DNA of 63,764 bases, filler included, from Octopus bimaculoides (GCF_001194135.2; 4 parts of 3 records of this genome joined end to end with filler, not necessarily neighbours in it); one strand, 5' to 3'. Shown: positions 26,686 to 40,809, counted from the first letter of the whole stretch. Translations and numbers: made by a program. The notes: generated from the sequence alone by a model not told the origin.

Positions 26686-27169
26686 TGGGTATAGGTTTAA
26701 GTGTACAACAGAAAGAGGATGGTACTCAACACACTTGGTAGAATTTACATACTACTTACTAATTGTTTGTGTCAAACCGTCATTAAATAATAGATACACA
26801 TGCACAAATATACATACAGACACACACATACAGGGACAGAGAGATTAAGAGCACGAGTGAGACTGAAAGAGAGAAAGACTTTGCAATTTCAGCTTTTGTG
26901 GTAACTCTGCCATGGGAATTAATTGCTTAGAGTATAAGTGCTTTTCATGATGAGGTTTAAAAGTCAATGATGTTGAATCTAGTGAACTTTTAAAATATTT
27001 GTCTAGTGCATTGTTTAAACAGGCATTGATGAAACTACAGTTCTTTCATAAAGTATGTTTGTTTGTTTTTTTTGTTTTTTTGTCTAATGATGTCTTTACT
27101 CATTAAATCAAAATCAATTTCCGGAAATTTACCATTTCGCATTTGGCGTTTCTAAGTAGGTGTGACTAT

Positions 27170-27515
27170 ATAGTCATTCAATCCTATGCATGTTGTCGTA
27201 AATCTATTCATCTCTTCTTTTATATTTGGTATATTTTGTATTCGGATTGCTCTGATTGTATTTTATATTAAACGTTCTATATGGACATTCCGTTTTGGTT
27301 TTGCTATTTTGTCACAGAGTTTGGTGGGTAAGCATGTAGCGATCTCGTGTTTCAAGAGTTTTGGCTTTACAGAAAGTATTCCCTTTATAGTTTTCAAATC
27401 TCACATTCTATATCAAGTTGGTGATACTTGGTTTGAATATATCCAGACCAGATCTTTGAGTTGCAGTGTGCAACGATGTTTCAGTTGTTCAATAGCGTTC
27501 CATGTTCATTTGGTN
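27170..27515 (-). mobile_element. Possible old LINE coding fragment
   Basis: Mostly open minus frame with a few stops (..QRSGLDIFKPSITNLI*NVRF..); family not recognised. Confidence 0.25.
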
Positions 27516-27558
27516 NNNNNNNNNNNNNNNNNNNNNNNNNNNNNNNNNNNNNNNNNNN

Positions 27559-27570
27559 TTAATTAATTAA
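27559..27570. other. Assembly linker TTAATTAATTAA inside N gap
   Basis: Palindromic 12-mer with stop codons in all six frames, embedded in Ns; identical at 46389 and 61139. Confidence 0.95.
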
Positions 27571-27614
27571 NNNNNNNNNNNNNNNNNNNNNNNNNNNNNN
27601 NNNNNNNNNNNNNN

Positions 27615-27673
<59 letters not shown>

Positions 27674-28339
27674 GTACCTGAGCATGTGCACACGCATCTA
27701 TATGCACACTTATTCGGAAAGCTAAGTGCTGCTTTATCGGGAAAGCCATTATATAACAAATGTATATTACATTTGCTTATTGTGAAAGCTTAATAGAGCA
27801 CGATTTGAAACTTAAATAAATTTTCACTATGCATTCGTCAGACTGGAATAAATATTTCGAATTACCCAGGGCATTCCGTAATATGCAGCCATTTATATTT
27901 TCAAATGTATTCTGATTTCATTTCTATTTTTGCGCGTCTTCTCTTTGCTTCCAGCTACGATTCGACTAAGGAAGGAAACAATTCTAATCTTTTGTCGCGA
28001 ATTTATTTTTCCAACATACAGACAACTAAATAAAATAGCAAATACAAAAAATAATATTAGCCAATTTTATTTAAACCTCTTCATGTACTTTCCATTGCGT
28101 ATCGATATTTTTCCTCGGTGTTATTTGCTGTAAATCTGACCTAAAAATGTGTTAGTATGTATTTCTATCATGCTTATCATTTCTGTGATTATCCTGACAA
28201 AAAGCCATTTTGAAAGATGCATATAACTGTTGACTGACTCTGCAACACGGTTTCCACTCCTAGTCGATGCAATTTCCCTTACGCAGTTAATATTCTTTAA
28301 AAAGGCATGCAAAGCAATCATTCCATTTCTATTTCCCAG

Positions 28340-28463
28340 AAAATCTTGTATCCAAATATTATTAATGCTAATTATAAAGTTATGACTAGTTTCCCGAGGG
28401 CGGCATTTGTGGCCCTGTATAGGGAGCGTAGTGTGATGGCAAACTCGATGGCTGTACCGAGTG
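28340..28463 (+). CDS. Candidate coding exon (124 nt, phase 0-1)
   Basis: Acceptor ccatttctatttcccag, donor GTACGT, one open frame KILYPNIINANYKVMTSFPRAAFVALYRERSVMANSMAVPS, locally raised GC; no homology recognised. Confidence 0.25.
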
Positions 28464-29683
28464 GTACGTACTCTAACTCTTACTATTAATATGAACATGT
28501 GGTGTTCATAACATTTTCCAGGATATTAGTGAAAGAAATTAAATGTTTTGAACTTACAAGTGAGTCAGGCGCTAGCTTCAGTCTTAACTCTATGTTAATA
28601 ATCAGACTTGTAACGAAAATTCCTCCAAAACTCATCCTCGTCAACGTCCTGATATCTACTTAAAACTATATCAGAGGAAATCGACACAAAATGAAATATT
28701 ATTAATAGCCGTGATAAACATTCAACATTTCTGTTAAAAACCAACTTAATACGAGAAATCTGAAATATTTTAACTTGTCAAAATTAATGATTTAAATTAA
28801 TCGAAAAAATACAATTCTATGCAGAATTTATCAATAAAAATTGTTAAAAAAGACAAAAGACAACATTAAGTTAGTGAGAAATGAAATGAGGAGCATATTC
28901 TTTCAAATAACATGAATGTCGATAATCTATTACTGAACGATGCCGTGTTAATATGATCCATTAATGTTGTAAGAAGTTTTTTTTTTTTTTACAACGACAA
29001 CTTTTATATTAAGTATTCATTGAAACTTCATCAAGAGAAAATAGCTGGAGCCATTTCTAGTTTGTTGGTAATCTGATTAATGTTTATTAATCAAAGCAGA
29101 GCAGCGTGATAGGAACAGTTTATACAGATTTTATTTCCAACCCTGATACATCCTACAGACACACAGACACAAGTACGCGCGCACAGACACACTCGCAAAC
29201 GCACATATACACACGCGTGCGCGCGCAAAATAAAAGGAATGAGCTAGAAGGAGAACATTTTCACCTCTGAACAGAAACACTCTGATAGATATTTTTGATA
29301 TCTTTCTCACTACATAAATGAAATATATGGGTCCTATGTTGGATTCAAAGATATATATCCCGCCTAGTTCAAACGACTGAATTATTTTATCCATTAAGTG
29401 GGTAGTTATACCACGGACACGTTCGCGCTTAATTTATTTATATTAAACTTACACCCGATACGACGAAATTCTGCATCTTCCATTTACTTAATAAACTGAT
29501 TGACACAAGACTTGAGTCAACTAGATGCAATGGTAAAAGACGCTGTCTCATGATCCTACACAATGGAACCTACACAGGGGTACCGATTGCTAAGCAAATT
29601 TCCTTACATAGCCCAACCTGCCTCCTTTGTACATATATACAAGGATAACCATCCCCTCTCTCTCACACACACATACACACGCA

Positions 29684-29764
<81 letters not shown>

Positions 29765-30303
29765 TAGTGTGTTTGTGTATGGCTGCTTATGTATGTGTGT
29801 AAATCAGAAATCTCTAAACCTCCAAACGTACACCATTATAAAGAGCAAAAGACAACCCGAATCTATGAAGTCTCCTAACAAGTGTCCTCAAGTACAATCG
29901 GCAACAACACTGAAGCCGTCAGTAAAAAATAAAAAGCGTAAGATCTAACTGTGGTATGTGCGTCAACCTAATTGAGGGATCGGAGTTCTCTTTCAAACAG
30001 GGTCAACGTTTTACAGTGAAAATCAGCTTCACATATGCTACTGCTGCTTAAACAATTAAAACCAAGTACCCACATCCCTCATATTAAATATTCATTCAGA
30101 CCGGCTGCCACCTACCTGCCGAGCCTTCACAAAAGTAAAAGAGAGAGAGACGGAAAAAAGCAAATGTCCTATGCTTTCTTGTGCTTTATATNNNNNNNNN
30201 NNNNNNNNNNNNNNNNNNNNNNNNNNNNNNNNNNNNNNNNNNNNNNNNNNNNNNNNNNNNNNNNNNNNNNNNNNNNNNNNNNNNNNNNNNNTATATATAT
30301 ATG

Positions 30304-30335
<32 letters not shown>

Positions 30336-30349
30336 AAGAGAGATAAATA

Positions 30350-30640
30350 ACTGCTGGCAGTCATTTTGTTACAAGGATGTGGGTTGCAGTTGATCCGATC
30401 TACAAAACAGCCTTCTTGGGAAATTAACGTGCAAGTGCATGAGCACTCTCCAGAAACGTAATCCCGAGAGATATTCAGCGTGACACAGTTTTGGGAAAAT
30501 GGTTGGCCCTTTGAAATAGAGATACTATTTATTTTGCTTTTGTGCCAGGTGAGTGGACTGGAGCAACTTGAAATAAAGTGTCTTGCTTCGGGAATTGAAC
30601 TCGCAGTCTTGCTATCGTAAGGCGAATACTCCAGTGCCCA
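30350..30640 (-). mobile_element. SINE family C
   Basis: gagtggactggagcaacttgaaataaagtgtcttgct..ggaattgaactcgcagtc = reverse-complement head and body. Confidence 0.65.
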
Positions 30641-31017
30641 ATCAACCCGATGTCTATATATATATACACATAGACATACATAAATATGTTCGACTGAATC
30701 CTCCGCAGTAGCTCCAAAGCCGGTAGTCATTTGGTTGCAAAGCGAAATTCTAAGTTAAACAACCGCGTTTACATATAAAATATTATGAGTCAATAAACAG
30801 AGCAAAATAGCAGAAACATAAGGTAAAACAATACATAATTTCTCGTTAGTAGCAAAACTCATTATCGAAACTTCAGCTCTGAAGTATTTTTGCTGAACCA
30901 ACAAATCGGCCTTTCGGCACTTTCTCTTGTTATGATACATAATTTCACATATATCTACATATACTGTATCGATGTTTACACAATAAAAACATGCATATCA
31001 CAACCCTCTTTACCACC

Positions 31018-31086
<69 letters not shown>

Positions 31087-31587
31087 GTTGCTGTATATAT
31101 TTCTATTATAAATATTTTGTAATAACAATCTCTCTAATCTAATTGTTTAGTCATACAATTACATCCATAGTCTTCATTCAGGTTTTTAATAGAGGTAAAA
31201 TACTGAAAGAAATTCATCATTCCAAGGAAATTAGGTATGAAGCTGCTTCATCAAACTATCAATTATTATTTTTTTTTGTTGCTGTTGATGTCGTTATTCC
31301 TCGCAATTTTATATCTGTATTACAAGAGTGTAGGCGCAATACCTTGTATATAGAGCGAATAGTTTGCTCCGTGTTACAAAAGTATATAAATAATTATATT
31401 ATGCAGCAACACAGATCCATCTGTGCATGCATACAAACACGGATATACTATACGTGTACATATATACACACAGATATTTATATGCACATACACACATATG
31501 TATATATATATGTACGTATATATAAGCATATACACATATAAATATATATACGCATATATAAACATATACTCACACACTGTCACCCAT

Positions 31588-31629
<42 letters not shown>

Positions 31630-32323
31630 GAGCGCGCACAGATACACACACACCACATGCACACGCACAGACATATGTGTTTAAGGCGGGTAAATCAAAA
31701 TGAAGTCGTTATTCCAATTTCTCATTGAAGAATAAAATAACGTTGGCATCGATGGTGGGTTTTTTTTTGTGTATTCAATATTCTTTTCCAAAATGTTTTT
31801 TTTTTTTTTTCGTAATCTTCTCCGATTTTTCTCTTTATTTGTTATTCTAAATAAATGACTGCAACATTTTCACAAAGTTATCTAAAAGACTAACGCCACA
31901 ACAAAATAGTGATTCATTGTGCATTTCTCTTTCTTTCAACAAGTATATAGCTTATGTAACACACTTTGAAAATTGAAAATATATATGAGAGATCTACTTA
32001 TACATCTATTTCCATGTGTATGTGTATATAAATATGCACGAACGTATGTATGTATTTATGGGTATATGCATACATACGTTTATGTATCTGTATTCATGTA
32101 TATATGTGTGTACGTATATATATGTATTTATGTATGTATATATATATATATATATATATATAGTTATATGTGTATGTATGTATATGCGTGTGTCTGTGCG
32201 TGTAATAAATGAAATATAGTGGAAGAAAGTGAAGGGAATATATTTATAATAGTATCATTTATATGCATATACAGAAACATATAGACACACACACACACAC
32301 GCAAATATATACATATGTATTTG

Positions 32324-32354
<31 letters not shown>

Positions 32355-32901
32355 ACATGCACACGCATTACAAGTGTGTACACGCACGCACGCACGCACA
32401 CACGTACACACTTACTCTAAAAGAGATCGCTCTTGAATAGAATAGGGAACGAATATGATGAAATGGAAAAGTACAAAAACAAAATCGATTGTCGTTAGTA
32501 TGTGTGCGTGTGTGTATGTGGTATCAGAAATAAAGAGTAGGTGAGTGAGAGAGAAAGAGAGAGAGAGATAGAGAGGGAGGGGGAGATAGCGTGAGAAAGA
32601 AATATAAATTTATGGATGCTTTCGAAGTTAGAATCTAAAATTAAATCAAACAGCAACATAGAAACATTATTCAATCGATCGAAAAAATAAATATTTATAT
32701 TTTGCTTATTATAATTATTTCTACTTGTTTGCGTTGTTTACTGTTTTTATTACACTTTTATGTAAAAGGAAATGAGATTCATTCACTTGTTTTCAAGTCT
32801 TATTTTCCAATGTTGCCGTATTCTTTGACCAAACATTTTGCGATAATTCACATCAGACAGTTGGGTACAATTTTGTTCCATGAACATTATTATTATTGTC
32901 A

Positions 32902-32996
32902 TTCTTCTTCTTCTTCTTCTTCTTCTTCTTCTTCTTCTTCTTCTTCTTCTTCTTCTTCTTCTTCTTCTTCTTCTTCTTCTTCTTCTTCTTCTTCTT

Positions 32997-33027
<31 letters not shown>
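32902..33027. repeat. (TTC)n microsatellite
   Basis: Direct reading; source of poly-S/R/K ORFs. Confidence 0.95.
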
Positions 33028-33029
33028 TT

Positions 33030-33785
33030 GAGTGACAGAGTAGCACATGCCATCAAAGTGAGGCTGGGATACTAATGTACGAGGCCCAATATACCCATCA
33101 TGGCTACCCGTCTGATAAGGGTACACCAGGCACGTGCATCACAACTATACAGGCATGACAGAAGAAATACACATCCTGATAATCGTTAAAATTTATTTAA
33201 ATCTGAAATTATACTTTCAAATTATTCATTAATTATTATAATGTGAATATCTAATATTTAGTAGACATGCCCTTTGCATTTTTCAATGCAAGCATTTTGC
33301 TAATCAGATGACGAATAATCTCTTGAGTGTTTATGTAAGCGATATGGTGACCTCGTATCAAGATAGGGAGTGCATAACTTCGTAGGTGAGGCCCAGTTAG
33401 AATTTTCTTCAGGTCGAGTAGCCCATTCCAGTTAAAAGGTCCCTACGGAAGAGTTGTTTAAGGATGATGAACGAAACACCCATGTTTCCAGAGGTGAATT
33501 ATTCAAACCCCAATGAATTCCTCTCAGTACATGGATATGATGCTTCCCCAATACTCCTGCTCATGATAAGAGAAAACATATCGTCAGCCACCAAGGGGCA
33601 TGCTCAACTGGCTAAGATCAAACAAATGAGAAGCAAATCTGTGGTATTGAGAAGAATATTTGTTGTAGCCCATCTTTTATACCAAGACAAGACATATATG
33701 TGTTAACACTTCCAATCAGTTAAGATTAGAAGCCATGAGAGACACTGCCTGGTATTGTATCGGGGGAATTATTATTATTAATATT
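33030..33785 (+). mobile_element. Interspersed repeat, probable LINE 3' UTR ending in (ATT)n
   Basis: Complex non-coding sequence resembling a common octopus repeat (recalled, unverified), ending ggaattattattatta; AT-rich ~180-bp interruption at ~33155-33335. Confidence 0.5.
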
Positions 33786-33789
33786 TCGC

Positions 33790-34010
33790 TAATGCTTGCT
33801 AACATAGTTAACAGGTATTTTATGGTGAGGTTTAGAGACAATTCTCCTGAAATCTTCAGAATCTTTCTTGGGATTCCTGTAGACTATAGGATGATACTTA
33901 TCTGCATGTCGACAATGCGAGCTTCGATTCCAATTTATTTCAGTCTGTTAGGTAGTATTTTGGATGTGCAAAGAGCACCAATTACTACGAGAACGAAGGT
34001 GGGAAAGGAA
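33790..34010 (-). mobile_element. R4/Dong-type LINE extreme C-terminus
   Basis: VVIGALCTSKILPNRLK*IGIEARIVDMQISIIL*STGIPRKILKI, followed by (TAA)n. Confidence 0.65.
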
Positions 34011-34769
34011 GTGATACTTCTCAGAAAATTTGTCGATTGGCGGATGAAAGTGGTGAACATAATCCGCTTGAATGGACCCGATCTCATGTTGCAGTTGTAG
34101 ATTAGGAAAGGATGACTAGAAGAGGATATTTGCTTTAGTGGTCAGGGAGACATTAGTTTCGTTGAAGGTTCTTTTCCAGTAAGATCTGGGAAGCTTCCAC
34201 TTATAAAGATTTCTTTGAACTTTTGTTTTCGTTATTTTTCCGTTTTACACGTTTTTACTGTAATCCCAAATCATGCTGTCCACTGTCAGAGACTACAGTA
34301 TATATCTCGCTGTATTCTTAGTGGATATAGTGTTTCCATACCATTTATTAGTGATTTATTCTAAATTCAGTCAGAATAATTTTTCTTTTTTCTATTTAGC
34401 ATTAGTCTTGATGTCTTGCTACTTCATTTAACATGAAACTGGGAATATTATAACTTATTACTGAATTTCTGGAGTAAATAAAGTATTGATGTTTCGTAAA
34501 TTTTTCAGTTTTAACTCTGTTTTAAGTATTAATATAATGTGTCTGTAATACTCGTTCTTAGTTTTTACTTAGATTTGTGTGTGTTGTACACAGATTACTT
34601 TTTTGATTTCACAGCAGCATTTGTAGTATAATAGTAGTAAGTGTAACAGCAACAACGGTAGTATAAGAGTCACAATAACAGCAGAAGTAATACTTGTAAT
34701 TTATATATACCACTAAGACACGAGCCGTCACAGTTAATACAATTGATAAAAACAGAAACAAAGGCAAAA

Positions 34770-35003
34770 CCATTTGCACCAAAGGAGTAATATTTTAAGG
34801 GGGATTTCTTCTCACGACTTTATCTGAGGCTAAATTAATAGCTGAAATTTTAAAGATCTGGCTCTTATTAATGCAAGAAACTCAAACACACTTTATATGC
34901 GGGCAACATCAAGTTGTACAGTGTAGATGATAAACAACCAGAAATCCTGCTGGTGAGAGTAGAGAGATTTATCGGAGAAATCAAAATGATTCATACTCTT
35001 TGA
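34770..35003 (+). mobile_element. Reverse transcriptase fragment (R4/Dong-type)
   Basis: IF*GDFFSRL (cf. IFQGDSLSPL) and KLKHTLYAGNIKLYSVDDKQPEILLVRVERFIGEIKM (cf. HLLYMDDLKLY). Confidence 0.6.
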
Positions 35004-35269
35004 GTCTATTTCTCTACGTTTTTAGCGTGTGATTCGATATAAAGGTTACTATTCCCAGCAAATTTTGCTGCTACGTAGAGACTTCAAACAGATATTTGAT
35101 ACATAAATGATAAACTATTAATACTAATAATTATAAAAAAATTACCACTCTGATATTGAGACAAGGCCACAATTTATGGGCTACGTGATAATCAGATTAT
35201 GTCCAGTATTTGATTATCTTGTCTATAATTATCTAATCAAACTTGAAATAATGAAATTTTGTTCTAGTG

Positions 35270-35460
35270 AGATTATGACTTCGATTCGCGCACTGGACAA
35301 TGCATTGTTTGCTTGATGAAAAAGAACTTCCTGTTCTGCTGTCCCAGTTCATTCAGGTGTAAATAATAACCCTACCACCGGCTGGCATCCCATGCAAGGG
35401 TGTAGTAATCTCGGTCGCTCTTACGCCATGAAACCGGCCATATGAGTCCTGAAACTCAAG
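35270..35460 (+). mobile_element. Decayed SINE (family C-like)
   Basis: gacttcgattcgcgcactggac head, gctgtcccagttcattcaggtgtaaat core, gaaaccggccatatgagtcct 3' part. Confidence 0.45.
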
Positions 35461-35634
35461 ACCATATTTACCACTGCTTGAATTAACCGCAAAATTGTTA
35501 GCCGCCTACCACATATTCAATGTATTTCCGGATTTAGTGCTACCATACTTGTGGCTAATGTCTAGAATTCACGTGTGGTGTACATGTAAAAAGTTCATCT
35601 ATGCCATATTCAGAACCTTTATTATTTTTGCATA

Positions 35635-35820
35635 CAGGCAGAAACGTTAGCACGCCGGGCGAAATACTTAGCGGTATTTCGTCTGTCTTTACGTTCTGAG
35701 TTGAAATTCCGCCGAGAACAACTTTACTTTTTATCGATAAATTAAGTAGCAGTTGCGTACTAGGGTCGATTTAATCGACTGACTCCCGCCCCCAAAATTT
35801 CGGGCCTTCTGCCTAGATTA
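35635..35820 (+). mobile_element. SINE family A
   Basis: ggcagaaacgttagcacgccgggcgaaatacttagcggtatttcgtctgtctttacgttctgagttgaaattccg. Confidence 0.9.
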
Positions 35821-36019
35821 AAAAAATAATAATGATAATCGTTAGTTATTTGCTTTGTTGACCAACCATTGACTCACATAAACCCTGGCGCCGATCTTTC
35901 TGCTCTTCTAGAAACATCTTATGTAAATCATCTTTATATTAACTGACATGACTATTTGAAGTTTCTAGGGAGGCTGCCTAATGAGTTTGCGATATAAAAA
36001 AATGTACACTGTTGTAATT

Positions 36020-36320
36020 ATAAAATACTTACATTTTTATCATCATCATCATTTTCATCCTCCTCATCATGATCATGATCATCACCACCACAGTCACCAC
36101 CACCACTACCACCACCACCAACAACAATAACACTACAACGATAACGATCACCATCACCACCACCACCACCACCACCATCGTCATTGTCGTCGTCGTCGTC
36201 ATCATTCACATCATCATCCTCTTTTTAGTTTCCTCCCCTCCTCTATCTCTTCCTTCCCCTCCTTCCCCTTCTCCTATCCTCCTTCTTCTCCTCCCCCTCC
36301 TTCTCCCCCCTCCCCCCTNN
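36020..36320. repeat. Compound trinucleotide (CAT/CAC/CAA/CGT) and polypyrimidine low-complexity tract
   Basis: Direct reading. Confidence 0.9.
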
Positions 36321-36771
36321 NNNNNNNNNNNNNNNNNNNNNNNNNNNNNNNNNNNNNNNNNNNNNNNNNNNNNNNNNNNNNNNNNNNNNNNNNNNNNNNN
36401 NNNNNNNNNNNNNNNNNNNNNNNNNNNNNNNNNNNNNNNNNNNNNNNNNNNNNNNNNNGCTACTATTGCTGCTGCTGTTGCTGCTGCCTCTGCATCCGAA
36501 GGAATTCTTCTAGTGCTGTTTGAACTAGAAGACCACTCTACCTACTTATAATAAAGGCGATGTGAATTATTTCTCGCTAAAATGTCGTCCGAATCACCGA
36601 CATTCTGCATTATCCCTCGGAGGATAGTTATATCCTAATAAAATCAACGATACATCTTTCTTCATTAACTGGTCTTGTGACTAACAATACAACTCACTGA
36701 CGTTCTATTTGTTGTACTGAGAATCTTTTTCTTCTTCTTCTTGTTCTTCCTATTTCCTTTTCTTCTTCTTC

Positions 36772-36804
<33 letters not shown>

Positions 36805-36890
36805 CCTTCTGTTCCTCTTTCCCCTCCTTCTTCTCACCACAATCACCGTCACCATCACCATTATTATTATTATTGTTATTATTATTATTA

Positions 36891-36927
<37 letters not shown>

Positions 36928-37293
36928 GCTATCATTATTATTATTATTATTATTAGTAGTAGTAGTAATAGTTGTAGTAGTAGCAGCAGCAGTGAGGCTA
37001 GGATCAAGCATATTCACTATACTCTGTAATAACATCATAACTAAAATTAGGTTCCTTATCTTTCGCTCCTTTGTATTTCATTTTCGTTTATTTCCTTTTA
37101 TTGGCTGGCTTTTATAATATACTCTAACAAACCTGCGTACCGAATATCAAAAGGATTTTCAGAAATTATAGATATATCACTGAAAGCTTGGTAATGTAGT
37201 TATTTCATTAAGATATCTATTGGATTTTATATATTTTATTGCCAGAAACCATTTTACCATGCTTATATATACATGTGCACTTATGTACGTTTG

Positions 37294-37328
<35 letters not shown>

Positions 37329-37454
37329 TATNNNNNNNNNNNNNNNNNNNNNNNNNNNNNNNNNTACACATATATATACACTCACAAAATATGTCTGTTT
37401 ATGGATATGTGCGTGTATACATATATGCATATATACATATACATATATATATAT

Positions 37455-37499
<45 letters not shown>

Positions 37500-37857
37500 G
37501 TCTATATATCATTACTTCCTCTTATACTTGCAATCAACTTCCCCTTTACGCTTGTTGACAACATTTTGTATATACACATATTTTATATTTTCATACGTGC
37601 GCAGGTACGCACACACACGCATACACACGCATACACACGCATACACACGCATACACACGCACACGCACACATTCATATACGTATATTCCTATGTATATTC
37701 ATACATTACAAACATATACATGGATTCATACGTAGGTATATACTTGAATACAAGTATGGATACGCCTACACACACATACATAAACTGACACACACACACA
37801 CCCAGAGACGTACACAGACACACACACACACAGAAGCAAATATATACACACACACAC

Positions 37858-37889
<32 letters not shown>

Positions 37890-38239
37890 GCATTATGAAG
37901 GAATTTTAACATTCACTTCAATATCTTTGAGACGTCATTGTTGATGATTGGAGTTTAAACAAGCGTTCCATTAGATTAATTGAACATAACAAAGCAAAAG
38001 ATGAGAAAGCAAAATAAAACATTTAAAATAACATCCTAAATGTGACAGCATCGCTGACTTCCTTATATTCACAGCACACATGAAGGTATTCGGGGTAGTG
38101 GTTCTCTGTGTGCGTGCGTGTGGGAATCTGTGTGTATGTGTATTGGATGTATTTATGTATGTATGTATGTACACACATATACACTCACATACGCACACAC
38201 ACACATATACATACGTGCATGCATGCATACATACATATA

Positions 38240-38272
<33 letters not shown>

Positions 38273-38288
38273 NNNNNNNNNNCATATA

Positions 38289-38365
<77 letters not shown>

Positions 38366-38767
38366 GTATATGCGTAACATATATTTGTAACATCATATAA
38401 ACTGAATCCAAAGAACCTCCTGGTGATCTGCTCGGTAAGAATGGTAAATCTTGAAAAAAGGGAGAAAAGGAGTACATTGGAATTAGCGTGGAGATGTGTG
38501 TCCTACTTCGTACTTTTAGGAGAGAGTCCGTGCTCGAGATTTATTAAGTGCACAAATTTTGCTGGACTCTTTTTCTCGCTGTTTCTGAAGAATACATATC
38601 TAGTTAATGCAGACGACTCTCGTATACCTTAGATTCTACTGTTATCGTGGATATATACACATATACATAAAACACCGTTACTCTCAAATATATGCACGCC
38701 CACACACGTGCGTTATATGTGATCGTATTTACACATACACTCACACACACACATGCATATATATATA

Positions 38768-40052
38768 CAGGGGTCTGTGGGTAAATTGTCGCCGTTTTAT
38801 GCTTTTAATTTCAAGCATGCACATTGTTTGCTTTTGATTTTGTCGACTACACAATATAGGTGGCTCAGTTGGGCAGCGTCTGTGAAAAAAAAACAAAACA
38901 GCACCATGACGCAATTTACTCGGCCAGAAAATTGCAAACGACATGCTGTATTGCTTGGCATTCTTACCGGAAGCTCCAGTACGGACATTTCAGAGTGCTT
39001 GGGTGTAAATCTGAGGACAGTGCAGAGATTTCGGAAAGAGTTGGTTGAGTCTAATGGTGATTACGAAGATACAGCAGCTCGGATAACTCACTGTGATCGT
39101 TCTGATAAGAAAAGAACTCCTGAATTTGTTGGTGAGAGTCAGACTCTGATTGACAACGATCCCTGCAAGCCAATCAGGTCCATTGCCAGGGACACGAGAG
39201 TGTCTGATTTTTTTATTTGGCAGGTAATGCATAAAGACATTCGGTATTCCTCATACAAGATGAGAAAGGACTAATTTTTATCCCAATTCACCCAGGACAA
39301 GAGGAAAGACCGCGCTACGAAGCTTTTGAACAACGTCAAGCATACCCTTCAACCGATCATGCTTTGGAAATTTCTGCCAGGATCAGATGGTGAGCTCATA
39401 GAACAACCGTTGCCATGCCGTGCCCCCAAAACATGTACAGGAAGTGATAAAAATCAAACATCCAGTCAACATCATGGTGTTTAGAGTGATCACTATTGAT
39501 GGCGACGTTATCTGTCCAGTCAACTTCCCACACAGCCTCAAACGCAACGAGGAGGCCTTCATCAAGTGCCCGGAGGAGTTAGTGCTGTCCTGGGTCAAGA
39601 GAGGGTTTGCTGGAAGACACCATATCTAGCAACAAGATTCTGCACCATGCCACACAAGCAGGACAACCCAGCTATGGCTGTCAGACAATTTCTGCGACCA
39701 CATCATCCCTAAAATCTGAGCACCCGACTACCCAGACTGCAACCCCTTCGATTATTATGTGAGGGGTGCAGTTGACTGAGAAACCAACAAAATTTTTGTA
39801 ACACTAAAGATGAACTGAAGGCAAGGATTATGACAGCATTCACCACTTTAAACAAGGAAGAGTTGCAGACGAGTTGCAGACGATTCCGAAGTCGTCTGGA
39901 TGCCGTCGTTGAAGCCAATGACAATTTTATTAAATAAATTTATTCGTTAGTATTTAAAAATAATTTTATGTAATTTTGGTAAAAATATATCTGTTAAAAT
40001 GAGATTTCAGTGTTATTTTCATAATTTAGACTACAATTTATTCATCGCATCA
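38768..40052 (+). mobile_element. DD37D (maT) Tc1/mariner transposon, near full length
   Basis: Starts CAGGGG after a TA repeat; degenerate TIR core taaattgt(c/a)g(c/t)c at both ends; encloses transposase pseudogene. Confidence 0.8.
38906..39937 (+). pseudogene. DD37D transposase pseudogene
   Basis: MTQFTRPENCKRHAVLLG..HTH; QQDSAPCH-37 residues-CNPFDYY; ends RRFRSRLDAVVEANDNFIK*; several stops and frameshifts. Confidence 0.88.
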
Positions 40053-40056
40053 TACA

Positions 40057-40145
<89 letters not shown>

Positions 40146-40389
40146 ATGTATGTATGTATCGTTGATATTATGTTAAACTGTTGTATGTCTAAATTTGGCC
40201 AAATACGTTTTTATCACTATTTATCTTTGCTAGCAATAGCCAGTTCTTTTGGAGAAACTATCGTATCTCCAGCTGCTTCAGATGCCATGATATCAACAAT
40301 TGTCAAAGTGTAGTACAACGGTTTTGCCATGGAATGGTGAATCTACTTTTCGTTTTCTGAAAAACCAACGTTTTGGACTTACGACACTT

Positions 40390-40590
40390 TTGCATAATAG
40401 CAACGGTGTTTCAGTCACTCGACTGCTGCCATGATCGAAGAAATCGACCCTAGAACTTAGACTTTGTAAACCTAGTACTTATCCTATCGGTGTCTTTTGC
40501 CGAACCGCTGAGTTTCGGGACATAAACACACCAACGTCGGTTGCCAAGCGATGGTGATGGGGGGACAAACACAAATACACACACATATTC
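40390..40590 (-). mobile_element. SINE family B, 3' half
   Basis: gtttcagtcactcgactgctgccatg..ctagtacttatcctatcggtgtcttttgccgaaccgct. Confidence 0.85.
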
Positions 40591-40800
40591 GAAAGTTAAT
40601 GGATAAAAAGTAAAGACAAGAGAAACCAATAAAGGAAAAAATGGCGTTTGGCTGAAGCCTTTATCAAAATAAAGAGGCAGGAAGAAAGCTCCAACTAAAG
40701 GAAAGACACCAGTTTGAAACCCGTGTGCATCCTTCTGACGTATGCTGTACATTGTAAAACAGACAGACACACACACACACATACAGACACACGCACACAT
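40590..40800 (-). mobile_element. Possible Penelope-like pseudo-LTR relic with degenerate hammerhead
   Basis: Minus strand ttgataa-aggc-ttca-gcc-aaacg resembles CTGATGA-AGGC-loop-GCC-GAAACG. Confidence 0.35.
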
Positions 40801-40809
40801 ATATTGCTT

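Noticed and set aside
27800-27845. Minus-strand CTGACGA..GAAA spacing
   Set aside because: Stem II not formed and no matching stem I or cleavage triplet
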